From an uncultured Nitrospinota bacterium (GTDB lineage Bacteria > Tectomicrobia > Entotheonellia > J063 > CAVPRW01): a DNA stretch of 64,000 bases. Every line of letters starts with the position of its first letter. The stretch's first letter is position 1. Location of the stretch: contig CAVPRW010000045.1 of NCBI GenBank assembly GCA_963707985.1, positions 256,001 through 320,000 of the forward strand. The letters are read 5' to 3'. A model generated the notes under the pieces. The model was not told the DNA's origin. It searched no databases and was given only the letters and a program-made list of their open reading frames with translations. This document shows, piece after piece, positions 32,936-42,648 of the stretch. Made by a program: the position numbers and the translations under genes.

Positions 32936-34465
32936 CTAGACGGGCATCACACCATGGCGCTTGCGTGGATTGGTGACATGCTTGGATGCATAGACTGCGA
33001 ATCGATTAATGAGCTCTTCTCGCAACCGGGATGGCGGGATGATCGCATCGACGATCAGACGCGACGCGAGTTTGTAGAGATCAATATCGCGACGATACTC
33101 CTCCCGACGCTCACGGATGAAAAGCTCACGCTCCTCACCTTGTAACTCGCTAATCTTATTGTAGTATACGGCATTCACAGCTGCCTCTGGCCCCATCACG
33201 GCGATGTACGCTGTCGGCAAGGCGAGGGTCGCATCGGCCCCATAAGCTGGCCCACACATGGCATAGAGTCCTGCGCCGTAGACCTTACGCACGATGACAG
33301 AGATCTTCGGGACAGTGGCTTCAGCGACGGCGTAGATCATCTTCGCGCCATGGCGAATAATCCCCTGACGTTCCACCTTGCTGCCGATCATAAATCCCGG
33401 GACATCAGCCAAAAAGAGCAGGGGAATATTGAAGGCATCGCATAGGGCAATGAACCGAGCACCCTTATCTGCTGAGTCGACAAACAACACACCTCCCTTG
33501 ACCTTGGGCTGGTTAGCAACAATGCCCACCACGCGTCCGCCCAGACGGGCCAGCCCGGTAATCAATTCCTTCGCGAACAAGGCTTTGACTTCCATGAAGG
33601 AATTGGCATCCACGAGGTGATCGATGAGCTCCAACATATCGAATGGCACATTTTGGTTGGTCGGGATGATGTGGGCTAACCCCTCTGGCTTTTGAGCGGC
33701 GTCTCGCGTCGGGATGACCTCAGGCTGGGTATCACAGTGATCAGGGAAAAATTGCAAGTAGCGCCGCGCGGCGTCGATGGCTTCCTCATCGCTTTGCACG
33801 AGCATATCCCCGCATCCGGAGACTTCGCAATGCATGCGCGCACCACCCATATCCTCCAGGGTAGTTTTTTCCCCGATGACCATTTCAGCCATCCGTGGTG
33901 AGCCGAGATACATGCTGGCCTGGCCTTCAACCATGATCACCAGATCGCAAAAGGCTGGGATGTATGCGCCGCCAGCAGCTGAGGGCCCAAAGAGCAGGCA
34001 GACCTGCGGCACCAGTCCTGAGAGCATTACCTCATTGTAGAAAATCCGGCCGGCGTGGCGGCGGCCTGGGAACATCTCGACTTGGTGCGTAATGCGGGCA
34101 CCAGCAGAATCGACTAAATAAAACATGGGGAGGCGCAGATTCGCGGCGGTTTCTTGAATGCGGAGGATCTTTTCAACCGTCTTCGGCCCCCATGAGCCCG
34201 CCTTCACGGTTGGATCATTCGCCATATAGCAGATGGTACGGCTATAAATCTTGCCGATGCCAGTGATCACGGCATCAGCAGGATTACCCTCGTCCTCAGC
34301 GTCGGCGAAAATCCCATCTTCCACGTTATAGCCTGGGTCGAGAAGACGTGCCAGGCGCTCACGGACCAGGAGCCGACCCTCAGCCTTGGCACGCTGTCGG
34401 TAGCGTTCGGCGCCGCCCTGTTTGATCTGCTCGATTTTCGCCTGAACCTCCTCGTCAGCATTCAT
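32936..34465 (-). CDS. Acyl-CoA carboxylase carboxyltransferase (beta) subunit
   Basis: ANDPTVKAGSWG, LVDSAGAR, GPSAAGGAY, GIVANQP, DVPGFMIG, VMGPEAAV, HGVMP. Confidence 0.93.
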   Translation of the reverse strand: MNADEEVQAKIEQIKQGGAERYRQRAKAEGRLLVRERLARLLDPGYNVEDGIFADAEDEGNPADAVITGIGKIYSRTICYMANDPTVKAGSWGPKTVEKILRIQETAANLRLPMFYLVDSAGARITHQVEMFPGRRHAGRIFYNEVMLSGLVPQVCLLFGPSAAGGAYIPAFCDLVIMVEGQASMYLGSPRMAEMVIGEKTTLEDMGGARMHCEVSGCGDMLVQSDEEAIDAARRYLQFFPDHCDTQPEVIPTRDAAQKPEGLAHIIPTNQNVPFDMLELIDHLVDANSFMEVKALFAKELITGLARLGGRVVGIVANQPKVKGGVLFVDSADKGARFIALCDAFNIPLLFLADVPGFMIGSKVERQGIIRHGAKMIYAVAEATVPKISVIVRKVYGAGLYAMCGPAYGADATLALPTAYIAVMGPEAAVNAVYYNKISELQGEERELFIRERREEYRRDIDLYKLASRLIVDAIIPPSRLREELINRFAVYASKHVTNPRKRHGVMPV

Positions 34466-34490
34466 GGCTGGCTCCCTCGTGGCCTGAGCG

Positions 34491-34712
34491 TCACTCCAAT
34501 TCGAGGAGGATGGTGTCCTCGTCGACAAACTCCCCTTCGCTCACCTTCACCGCTTTTACTCTGCCGCTCACCTCTACCTGGACGGCAACTTCCATCTTCA
34601 TGGATTCCAGGATCACGACGGCTTGGCCTGATGTCACCACGTCCCCAGCGTGCACTAGCACCCGAAAGACGGTTCCCGCCATCGGTGCCATAATTGCGTG
34701 CATGCTTGCCAT
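34491..34712 (-). CDS. Biotin carboxyl carrier protein (stand-alone biotinyl domain)
   Basis: APMAGTV and ILESMKME biotinylation motif. Confidence 0.9.
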   Translation of the reverse strand: MASMHAIMAPMAGTVFRVLVHAGDVVTSGQAVVILESMKMEVAVQVEVSGRVKAVKVSEGEFVDEDTILLELE

Positions 34713-35036
34713 CCTCTCTTGCTCCAGCCCACCACACAGGTAGCACAAAGCCCACTATCATGGTGTCGTGCCCGAGGTGTGAACTCTTCTACGGGGTCTG
34801 TGTTCCCCCGAGTGCCGGTATAGCAAATTCGCGTTCCCCGTTGACAGGACTGCGGGCTTTGGGTAATAAGGAGTAGTCTGATCAAGCAGGCAAGGTTCGA
34901 AAGGTACATAGGAAGCGCCATTGTCAGCCTATAAGTGTTAAGTGCCTCAATTATAGTGGCCCGCTTCTTACAATTCAAGAGTGTGGTGACTCGACGCGGT
35001 GCCGGCAGAGCTACCTAGCGGGGGGTCATAATCGGA

Positions 35037-35720
35037 ATGCCTTCAACAACTGTGGTGCTGGGCCTGGCACTCATTGGCAGCGCCTGGCTGAGCTTGGTGT
35101 TCACTGGCTGTGGCGGTCCGCAGCTGCAACAGAAAGATTCCCCTAACGCGGGGACGCCCTCACACCTACCGACGAGCATCGGTGAGAGGCAGCTTGACCC
35201 CTTGCTTGCCAAGGTGTCTCAACTACAACTGGCGTCACAGGAAGCGTTGGATGCCGCCAAATCAGTCGGGACTCCTCATCAAGAGTTGGCAGCGGCGTGG
35301 CAAGACTATACGGTGGCTGAACAGTTGCTGCATGATGGCCAAGCGGCCTACGGAGCGAAGCAGTATGAGCTCGTTTGGGACAAATTGCGAGCCGCCGATG
35401 CAGCCTTTCGCCGCGCTGAAGAGGCGGCCGTACGCGCTGGTCTTGGACAGCTTGAGCACGAGTTGGTAACGGATTACGGGCGCCTCCTGAACCCAGACAC
35501 TCGCAGTGGGCGTCGAATCGGTGGTCTGGCTCGTCTTAGTCAAGGAAGCGTTAACCTACGGGATGGAGCGGGAACGCAGTTCCAGATAATCGGCAAGGCA
35601 CAACCTGGAGACACGCTGACGATTCTTGCGGAGTTGGGCGAGTGGTATCGGGTCCGAACGGGAACAGGATTGGTTGGCTGGGTGTCGAAGGTGTTGGTGA
35701 CACAAGTCCAGAGCCCTTAA
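35037..35720 (+). CDS. Lipoprotein with helical region and C-terminal bacterial SH3 domain
   Basis: Lipobox-like FTGC; VNLRDGAGT...WYRVR...GWV SH3b motif. Confidence 0.8.
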   Translation: MPSTTVVLGLALIGSAWLSLVFTGCGGPQLQQKDSPNAGTPSHLPTSIGERQLDPLLAKVSQLQLASQEALDAAKSVGTPHQELAAAWQDYTVAEQLLHDGQAAYGAKQYELVWDKLRAADAAFRRAEEAAVRAGLGQLEHELVTDYGRLLNPDTRSGRRIGGLARLSQGSVNLRDGAGTQFQIIGKAQPGDTLTILAELGEWYRVRTGTGLVGWVSKVLVTQVQSP

Positions 35721-36055
35721 GGTTGGAGCTGTCGATTTAAGGCCATACCCCTGTAACTCACTTGACAGAAATATCACATAGGCATATATATACTCTGTTA
35801 AACGTGTGAAGAAAAAAACGGCCCTTGAAGACAAGTTGTTGCCACCGAACGGATGTCATCATTCGACACTGCCGCAGTGAACACATGCCTTTTGGTCTAA
35901 TGTATTTTTTCCCGCCGGCGAGTGGCTAACCCGCACGCGCTCATATCCTAAGTTTGGTCAAGACGGCTAAGAGTGGCATGCCAAGGCAGGCAAGGGTCGT
36001 TAAGATAGGTCTCTCCCGCGATACATGATGGTCGTTGGAAGTCATGTGACAAAAC

Positions 36056-37435
36056 ATGACAATTGCGAGGGAAGTGAGAACATCCATGAGACAAAGTAAA
36101 ACCAAAGTGACACGGCGGAAACGCCTCGCACCTCGACTGAACGTGAAGGCTGTGGCTCCTCCACCCGAGGATCCACAGGAGCTGCCCCTCGATCTGTTCC
36201 TGGAAGACGATGACCTCGGAGCCCCTTTAGACGAAGCAGTCGAGACAGACACCCACTGGGATAACCTGGACGTCCCAGGGGAGGAAATCGATGATCTCAT
36301 GCCCGATACTCCAGCCCTCCAGGAGCTTCGGGACGGTGACGGTGACCTGGAGGATGAGAACACCGCCAGTGGGGTGGATAATCCTGTGCTTTTGTATCTT
36401 CAGGAAGCTGGTACGGTCCCCCTCTTGAAACCAGAAGATGAAGTGCGCATCGCGAAGCAGATTGTAGCATTGAAAGCTCGCCTACGAGAGGTTGTCCAGG
36501 AATATGGTCCGCAGCTGCCCGAAACCCTGTCGGCTGAGACAACCACCCCCACTGAGGCCGAAGATTGGGTGACCGAGGTGGTCCACGAGGTTCGAAGCTG
36601 GGTCAGCCGAATTGGGCACGGGGAAGAAGCTGGCGTCCAGAGTGACGTCCAGTTACCCCCCAAGAAAATTTTGCAGTTATGGACTGCAATGCAGTACGTC
36701 CTGGCTGAGCTAGATGAGACCAAGGGCGCAATGGTCAATGCCAACCTGCGATTAGTTGTGGCGATTGCGAAAAAATATATCAACCGTGGTCTTCCACTGC
36801 TTGACCTTATCCAGGAAGGCAATATCGGCCTGATGCGTGCGGTCGAAAAATTCGATCACCGACTGGGGTTCCGCTTCAGCACCTATGCCAGTTGGTGGAT
36901 TCGACAGGCGATCGCCAGGGCGATCGCCGAGCAGGCACGAACCGTACGGATGCCTGTGCACGTGAGTGAGAGCATGGGGCGTCTGAAACGGATGGCGAAC
37001 AATCTCCGCAAGGATCTAGAGCGTGAACCAACGGCCCAGGAGCTGGCCGATGCGTTGCAGCTCTCGATCGATAAGATTCGCACCATGCAGGCGAGTGCAA
37101 AGCCGATGCTGTCGCTGGAAACCCCTATCGCTGACGGGCAAAGTCGCTTGGGCGATTTCATCCCCGATCGCACGTTCATCAGCCCCGTAGCTGCGGCCAT
37201 CGAGGAGGAATTGAACGAATACCTGAATAGCTGCCTACAAGCCCTCACGCCGAGAGAAGAGTTCATTCTGCGCGCACGGTTTGGTCTTGGGAACATGGAG
37301 GTCCGCACCCTTGAGGAAATCGGTAAGGAGCTGAAGCTCAGCCGCGAGCGAGTGCGGCAGATCGAAGCTCGGGCTCTGGAGAAGCTCCGACATCCCTCGA
37401 GGAATCGACGTTTGCGTGGCTTCCTCGAAAACTGA
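36056..37435 (+). CDS. RpoD/SigA-like sigma-70 factor (probably a paralogue)
   Basis: Acidic N-terminus, region 1.2 DNPVLLYLQE, ANLRLVVAIAKKY, DLIQEGNIGL, FSTYASWWIRQ, TLEEIG...SRERVRQIE; no dnaG upstream. Confidence 0.92.
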   Translation: MTIAREVRTSMRQSKTKVTRRKRLAPRLNVKAVAPPPEDPQELPLDLFLEDDDLGAPLDEAVETDTHWDNLDVPGEEIDDLMPDTPALQELRDGDGDLEDENTASGVDNPVLLYLQEAGTVPLLKPEDEVRIAKQIVALKARLREVVQEYGPQLPETLSAETTTPTEAEDWVTEVVHEVRSWVSRIGHGEEAGVQSDVQLPPKKILQLWTAMQYVLAELDETKGAMVNANLRLVVAIAKKYINRGLPLLDLIQEGNIGLMRAVEKFDHRLGFRFSTYASWWIRQAIARAIAEQARTVRMPVHVSESMGRLKRMANNLRKDLEREPTAQELADALQLSIDKIRTMQASAKPMLSLETPIADGQSRLGDFIPDRTFISPVAAAIEEELNEYLNSCLQALTPREEFILRARFGLGNMEVRTLEEIGKELKLSRERVRQIEARALEKLRHPSRNRRLRGFLEN

Positions 37436-37476
37436 GGCGGAGCGACATAGGCACCCACGTCAGGCTGCACACCTTA

Positions 37477-37520
37477 CACGGTCCCTTCTGCCCTCCTACA
37501 AGGTGGGACCGTGGTTTCTT
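37477..37520 (+). terminator. Putative intrinsic terminator after the sigma factor gene
   Basis: CACGGTCCC...GGGACCGTG stem followed by GTTTCTT. Confidence 0.45.
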
Positions 37521-37728
37521 CTCGATTGCCATGACACTGTTGATCGATAGTGGTCCACTGAGTTGTGATTGGCTGGTAGCCCTCACCACGACCACCTAGC
37601 CTGCTACTAGGTGACAAGCCCTTATGTCAGGGAGAGTCCACCAGCCCCATGGCCGGCAAATCGACTTGCCATCGGCACTTGCCGGTCATGGGCTCACAGC
37701 TCTGGAGGCTTGGGGAGCACCGGAGGGA

Positions 37729-38055
37729 TTAGGCTTCCTGAAGGGCCACAGCCTGTTGGCCCGGCACGATCGAGTGAATTGTCAAGGTTGGAGCGATGCC
37801 AACCCCCTCATCGTAATCGTACATGGCGATCGTTTCCCAAGGACAATATTGCACACAAAGAGTGCAGCCGATACACCGATCCAAATCCACCTCGACGACT
37901 TTCAGTAGGTCAGGATGCTCTGGACCCGGTACGACTTCGATACAATCTGGAGGGCACACGATAATACATGCTTCGCACCCCGTACAGCCTTGTTGATCGA
38001 TCACCGCGAGTTGTCGTGGCTTGCGCTTGCGAACCGGCTTATTCGGCATCCCCAT
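37729..38055 (-). CDS. 2[4Fe-4S] ferredoxin
   Basis: CTGCEACIIVCP and CIGCTLCVQYCP motifs. Confidence 0.88.
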   Translation of the reverse strand: MGMPNKPVRKRKPRQLAVIDQQGCTGCEACIIVCPPDCIEVVPGPEHPDLLKVVEVDLDRCIGCTLCVQYCPWETIAMYDYDEGVGIAPTLTIHSIVPGQQAVALQEA

Positions 38056-38099
38056 CGTCTAGGGCTCCCCTCTCAAATACAACCTGTAGCTGCATGGAT

Positions 38100-39215
38100 T
38101 CAGCCGCTCCGCTCAGCACCGATTTTGGAAAAGATCTTATGCCGAACTTGCTGATCGTAAACCTGCCACTTTAGCTTTGCAAACTCATCCTCGCTCGATC
38201 CGGAGAGAAACCCAATAGGAATCTCAAACCCACCTGCATGCTGGCGCCCGCCACCGAAGAAGATCCCACGCTCGTCTTTACCGAACGTCTCTTTGAGAAA
38301 CTCATCTGGGTCAACGGTTAACTTCAGTGTCCGCATCGAGCCATTCAGCACCTCGCGTGAGCCATCGATGATAATGCCAAAGACAATGGCCGTATGGACG
38401 TTCTCCTCAGTCAAGAGGAAGTCGGCTCCTTGGGGAATGGCATCGCGGTCTTCAGCACGCAGATAGCCGATTCCTGAGACACTGACATTGCTACGCACTG
38501 TACGATTTTCGAGCGCTTTCTTAATCACCTCCATCACGCGCGACGAGCGTTGCTGGCGCAAGATCTCGGACAGCAATGCCGGATCGTAAAAAAAGCTCAA
38601 GAATGCTGCAGCTAGGAACTCGTCCTCTTTGGCGCGAATCAACTCATTAGTTTCACTGCGGATGCCGTGCATCAGTGCCGTAGCGCACTTGATGTGATCC
38701 GGATGAGACCGATCCAGCGCCAGCAAACCCTCCTGGATGTACTCGGTGTATATAGTGGCAGTCGCGCCAATGCGCCGAATGTCGGTGAATTCCGCGTGCA
38801 GACGTTCCTGCCGCTCGTGATGGTCGATGATCATCAACGGGGGCACGTGCGCCTTGGACAACGGCTCCAAGAGTCCTGTAGTCGTACCTTGATTGTCGAT
38901 AAACACTGACCCCGTATATGGAGAGAAGTCAAATCCTTCGTTGTAGCGAATCAGATCAAGGTCAAGAAGACGTACCAAAGCAATGTTCTGTGGATGACTA
39001 ATACGTCTCTCATAAACGATATCCACCGCGATATCAAACTGAGCCGAGATCAGCTGATGAGCGAACGCTGATGAAATCGCATCGGGATCGGGGAAATCTT
39101 GCAGGACCACAATGTGACGTTGCCCTCGGTGGTCAGATAGAAACTGCTCAAGTTCTTTGGCTTTCATACGTGAGCGGGAGCGCTCTCCCACTTCGATGGT
39201 TGTGACATCGTCCAT
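38100..39215 (-). CDS. DHH-family phosphoesterase (NrnA-like)
   Basis: PDPDAISS, IDNQG, IIDHH, GATATI, GGGRQHAGG. Confidence 0.88.
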   Translation of the reverse strand: MDDVTTIEVGERSRSRMKAKELEQFLSDHRGQRHIVVLQDFPDPDAISSAFAHQLISAQFDIAVDIVYERRISHPQNIALVRLLDLDLIRYNEGFDFSPYTGSVFIDNQGTTTGLLEPLSKAHVPPLMIIDHHERQERLHAEFTDIRRIGATATIYTEYIQEGLLALDRSHPDHIKCATALMHGIRSETNELIRAKEDEFLAAAFLSFFYDPALLSEILRQQRSSRVMEVIKKALENRTVRSNVSVSGIGYLRAEDRDAIPQGADFLLTEENVHTAIVFGIIIDGSREVLNGSMRTLKLTVDPDEFLKETFGKDERGIFFGGGRQHAGGFEIPIGFLSGSSEDEFAKLKWQVYDQQVRHKIFSKIGAERSG

Positions 39216-39262
39216 GATACTCCTCCGCCCCGTCGTTGGGGTCGGCGGTTGATGTGGCGTCT

Positions 39263-40471
39263 TTACCGGTCGATATCGCACAGTACGATATCGACCGAGC
39301 CGACGATCGCCACGATGTCGGCAATCATTGTCCGACTATCCAGCATCGCTTCGACGGCACTGATGTTTGAAAATGACGGTGCCCGACACTTCAGACGAAA
39401 CGGTTTATCCGTGCCATCACTGATGAGATAAAAACCCATCTCGCCGCGGGGAGTTTCCGTCCGGACATAGACCTCACCTTTGGGTACTCGTACCCGCTTC
39501 GGAATTGCCTCCTGGACATCACCGGCGGGTAGCTCTGCAAGCGCTTTGCGCAGAATCTTGACCGACTGTTCGATCTCCCACACTCGGACCATGTAGCGGT
39601 TCCAGCAGGAGCCCAGTGGACCATGGTGTTCCACCCCGACAGGAATGTCAAAATCGAAGCGATCATAGATAGAATAGGGAGCGTTGCGGCGCAGGTCCCA
39701 TTTTACGCCGGATGCCCGTAAAGTCGGACCGGTCACCCCGTAACTGATGGCATTTTCCGCAGTTAAGACACCGACCGCGGCCGTTCGTTCGAGAAAAATC
39801 TTATTATAGGATAGCAGATTATTCAGGTCGTCCACCTTGTGCTCAAAGTAATCCAGAAATCCTCTAGCCTTTTCCACCCAGCCTTCGGGCAAATCGCGCG
39901 CCACGCCACCGATCCAAATATAATTGTAGAGCATACGCGCCCCACTCACCCATTCGAGCAGGTCGAGGATCATTTCGCGATCGCGGAAACACCAGAGAAA
40001 AGGCGTGAATGCACCAATGTCCAAGCCGAATGTGCCGATACTCACCAGATGGCTGGCGATGCGATTGAACTCACACATGATCACCCGGATATACTCAACC
40101 CGCTCAGGGACTTGGAGCCCCATAAGCTTCTCGACCGTCAGAGCATAGGTCAGATTCTGACTCATAGAAGCCAGATAGTCCACGCGATCAGTATAGGGGA
40201 TAATCCCAGGGTAATCCACCGCCTCCGCATGCTTCTCGAAACAGCGATGCATATAACCAAGATGCGGAGTCACTTTCTTGACGATTTCACCATCCGTTAC
40301 CAGGGCGAGTCGAAGAACGCCGTGAGTGCTGGGATGTTGAGGCCCCATGCTGAGGATCATCTCCCCGCCTTCCCACTCGATATCCTGGGACACACGATAT
40401 CCTGGTGGCGGCGCTGCAGGTACCTCTTCGTCGACTTCCGTGTCTCCCCAGTTCAACCAGGATCGCAGCAT
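39263..40471 (-). CDS. nuoD: NADH-quinone oxidoreductase subunit D
   Basis: MGPQHPSTHGVLRL, GYMHRCFEK, YTDRVDY, RIASHL, ETPRGE, CDIDR. Confidence 0.94.
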   Translation of the reverse strand: MLRSWLNWGDTEVDEEVPAAPPPGYRVSQDIEWEGGEMILSMGPQHPSTHGVLRLALVTDGEIVKKVTPHLGYMHRCFEKHAEAVDYPGIIPYTDRVDYLASMSQNLTYALTVEKLMGLQVPERVEYIRVIMCEFNRIASHLVSIGTFGLDIGAFTPFLWCFRDREMILDLLEWVSGARMLYNYIWIGGVARDLPEGWVEKARGFLDYFEHKVDDLNNLLSYNKIFLERTAAVGVLTAENAISYGVTGPTLRASGVKWDLRRNAPYSIYDRFDFDIPVGVEHHGPLGSCWNRYMVRVWEIEQSVKILRKALAELPAGDVQEAIPKRVRVPKGEVYVRTETPRGEMGFYLISDGTDKPFRLKCRAPSFSNISAVEAMLDSRTMIADIVAIVGSVDIVLCDIDR

Positions 40472-40591
40472 AGCACCCCCTTAAGGTCCATAAGAGATTT
40501 GCATCAATCGCGACCGGGAGCTGATGTACTGGCCCTGCTCGTTCTCAAGACCGCTGGCCGCTAGCGCCCAACCGATCGAGCACGGCTCGGC

Positions 40592-41233
40592 TCACTCAGC
40601 CGGCCTGGTCACAGGCTCCCTCACCGTTGGCGCCGCCTTCGCTGCCGATGCTTTGGCTCCGGCTTCTTTCGGTGCGGCTTTGGCGGCGGCGGCCCTGGCG
40701 GCTGCCGCGACTCTGCGTTTCTCCGCCTCTTCTGCTTCACGCTTCTCCGCTTCAGCCCGGATGCGCTCCGCCTCAACGGCAGAATAAGTCGAATAGTGGT
40801 AGAGCAAGTTGGCGCGACTATAGACGGAGTTTTCATACTTGGGGGTCATCTGCAAACATTCGGTCGGACACGGAATGGTGCAGAGATTGCAATAGCAACA
40901 TTTAGCCATGTCGATGTCGAAACGCAGGACATGCAAGCGTTTTGGGTTCCCGGTGCTGGCTTTCCCCAAGTCTTCTCCCGGCCCGGTTTTGACGGTCTCG
41001 ATATAGATGCAGTCAACTGGACACACCTTGGCACAAAAACCGCAGCCGATACAGTCATCGAAGTTGTTGAACAACTGTGCGCGGGCACCGGGCGGTAGCT
41101 CCCATTTTTCATCGGGGTACTGCAAGGTGACCGAAGGAGTAAAAAGATGCCAGAAGGTCAAGCGCATCCCGACCAGCACCGTCCAGATCCCCTCGAACAC
41201 ATTGGTAAAGTACTCCTTCAGGGCATAGGTCAC
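40592..41233 (-). CDS. nuoI: NADH-quinone oxidoreductase subunit I
   Basis: VTLQYP, CIGCGFCAKVCP, FDIDMAKCCYCNLCTIPCP; Ala/Lys-rich tail. Confidence 0.9.
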   Translation of the reverse strand: MTYALKEYFTNVFEGIWTVLVGMRLTFWHLFTPSVTLQYPDEKWELPPGARAQLFNNFDDCIGCGFCAKVCPVDCIYIETVKTGPGEDLGKASTGNPKRLHVLRFDIDMAKCCYCNLCTIPCPTECLQMTPKYENSVYSRANLLYHYSTYSAVEAERIRAEAEKREAEEAEKRRVAAAARAAAAKAAPKEAGAKASAAKAAPTVREPVTRPAE

Positions 41234-41772
41234 GATTTCTTCCCCTCACCTGGTGAGCCAAAGACATAGGTGCCACGGTCTGGGTCGAGGTCCGGGAACG
41301 GCACCCGTATATCATGATAAAACTCTTGCACGACGTAATCCTTACGGAGTGGATGCCCCTCCCAATCATCTGGCAAAAAGATCCGTCGTGGATCCGGATG
41401 CCCCTCGAACCGAATGCCGAAGAGGTCGTAGGCCTCTCGCTCGTGCCAGTCGGCCGTACGCCAGATCAGCGCCACTGAAGGAACACTAGGGCTTGTGCGC
41501 GGCAGCTCCACTTTCAGCACGATCTGGTGCATCAGGGTCATGGACTGAAGATGATACACGACCCCTAGCGGATGCCCTGCCCCATAATCTACCCCGCTCA
41601 GACACATCAGATAGTTGAACTGTAACTCTGGATCATCCTTGAGATATTTTCCGACCTCGGCAGCGACCTCTGGGAGCAGTTTGATGGATGGATTCGGCAG
41701 GGACTCTTCAAACTCCAGGATATGATCCCCAAAGCGTTCTTTGAGGTGTGTGTGGATCTCTGCAGGTGTCAC
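41230..41772 (-). CDS. nuoC: NADH-quinone oxidoreductase subunit C
   Basis: LSGVDY, ADWHEREAYDLFGIRFEGHPDPRRIFL, GHPLRKDY. Confidence 0.93.
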   Translation of the reverse strand: MTPAEIHTHLKERFGDHILEFEESLPNPSIKLLPEVAAEVGKYLKDDPELQFNYLMCLSGVDYGAGHPLGVVYHLQSMTLMHQIVLKVELPRTSPSVPSVALIWRTADWHEREAYDLFGIRFEGHPDPRRIFLPDDWEGHPLRKDYVVQEFYHDIRVPFPDLDPDRGTYVFGSPGEGKKS

Positions 41773-41814
41773 GACAGTTCCTTCCCCTTTCGCAGGTCAA
41801 CGCCATTCCACAGA

Positions 41815-42429
41815 CTAGTGATGGTCCTTAGCAAAGTCAGGCACCTCGACTTCTGACCTACCGATGGCAGCCAGTTTGCGCTGCAGGGTCTGCTCCTGCT
41901 TGATCTTCTCCTGGAGCTTCAAAATCCCCTCCATGAGGGATTCCGGACGGGGAGGGCAACCTGGCACGTAGACATCCACCGGGACAATCTGGTCGACCCC
42001 CTTCAAGACATGGTAGCCATGTTTCCAGTATGGGCCCCCGCAGGTCGCGCAACTTCCCATTGAAATCACGTATTTGGGTGCTGGCATCTGGGCGTAAAGC
42101 CGTTTGATACGGCTGGCCATCTTGATGGTCACTGTGCCAGCCACGATCATCAGGTCTGATTGCCGTGGGCTCGGGCGGAAGACCCCAGCGCCAAAACGAT
42201 CGAGATCATACCGCGAAGCCCCTGTGGCCATCATTTCGATGGCGCAACACGCGAGACCGAAGGTCATAGGCCAGAGCGATGAGAGTCGGGCCCAATTGAG
42301 GAATTTATCCACCGAAGTGACTAGAACATTATCGCCGTACTGCCCCTCAGGAGGGATCTCTCCCTCCTTGAGCTCCGCGACCTTATCTACGATCAGGGGA
42401 TTTTGTGGGCCATGACCTGCGTCAGCCAT
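41815..42429 (-). CDS. nuoB: NADH-quinone oxidoreductase subunit B
   Basis: [44 protein letters not shown]. Confidence 0.95.
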   Translation of the reverse strand: MADAGHGPQNPLIVDKVAELKEGEIPPEGQYGDNVLVTSVDKFLNWARLSSLWPMTFGLACCAIEMMATGASRYDLDRFGAGVFRPSPRQSDLMIVAGTVTIKMASRIKRLYAQMPAPKYVISMGSCATCGGPYWKHGYHVLKGVDQIVPVDVYVPGCPPRPESLMEGILKLQEKIKQEQTLQRKLAAIGRSEVEVPDFAKDHH

Positions 42430-42600
42430 GCGCCTGCCCTCCGTCTATTTGTTTGGGCTCCATAACAGCACCTCGTGCGTGCCGAGAGCAATGAAGACGT
42501 ATGAGACCGGTAGCAAAAACGAACAGATAACCGAACTTGTTATGTATTATATCTAGGGCTGTCTATGCCTGTAAAGGGATGCACCTCTCACCACAGGCTC

Positions 42601-42630
42601 GTCGGGTGGTGGGCGAGGTCACCACCCGAC
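42601..42630 (-). terminator. Perfect 11-bp hairpin just after lpdA
   Basis: GTCGGGTGGTG-8 nt-CACCACCCGAC, 18 nt after the lpdA stop; no clear U-tract. Confidence 0.5.
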
Positions 42631-42648
42631 CCGACCACACTCGAAGGG

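Noticed and set aside
39263..42429. Group 4 [NiFe] hydrogenase, prompted by the lar nickel genes
   Set aside because: The large subunit lacks both CxxC Ni-binding motifs and has NuoD quinone-site signatures.
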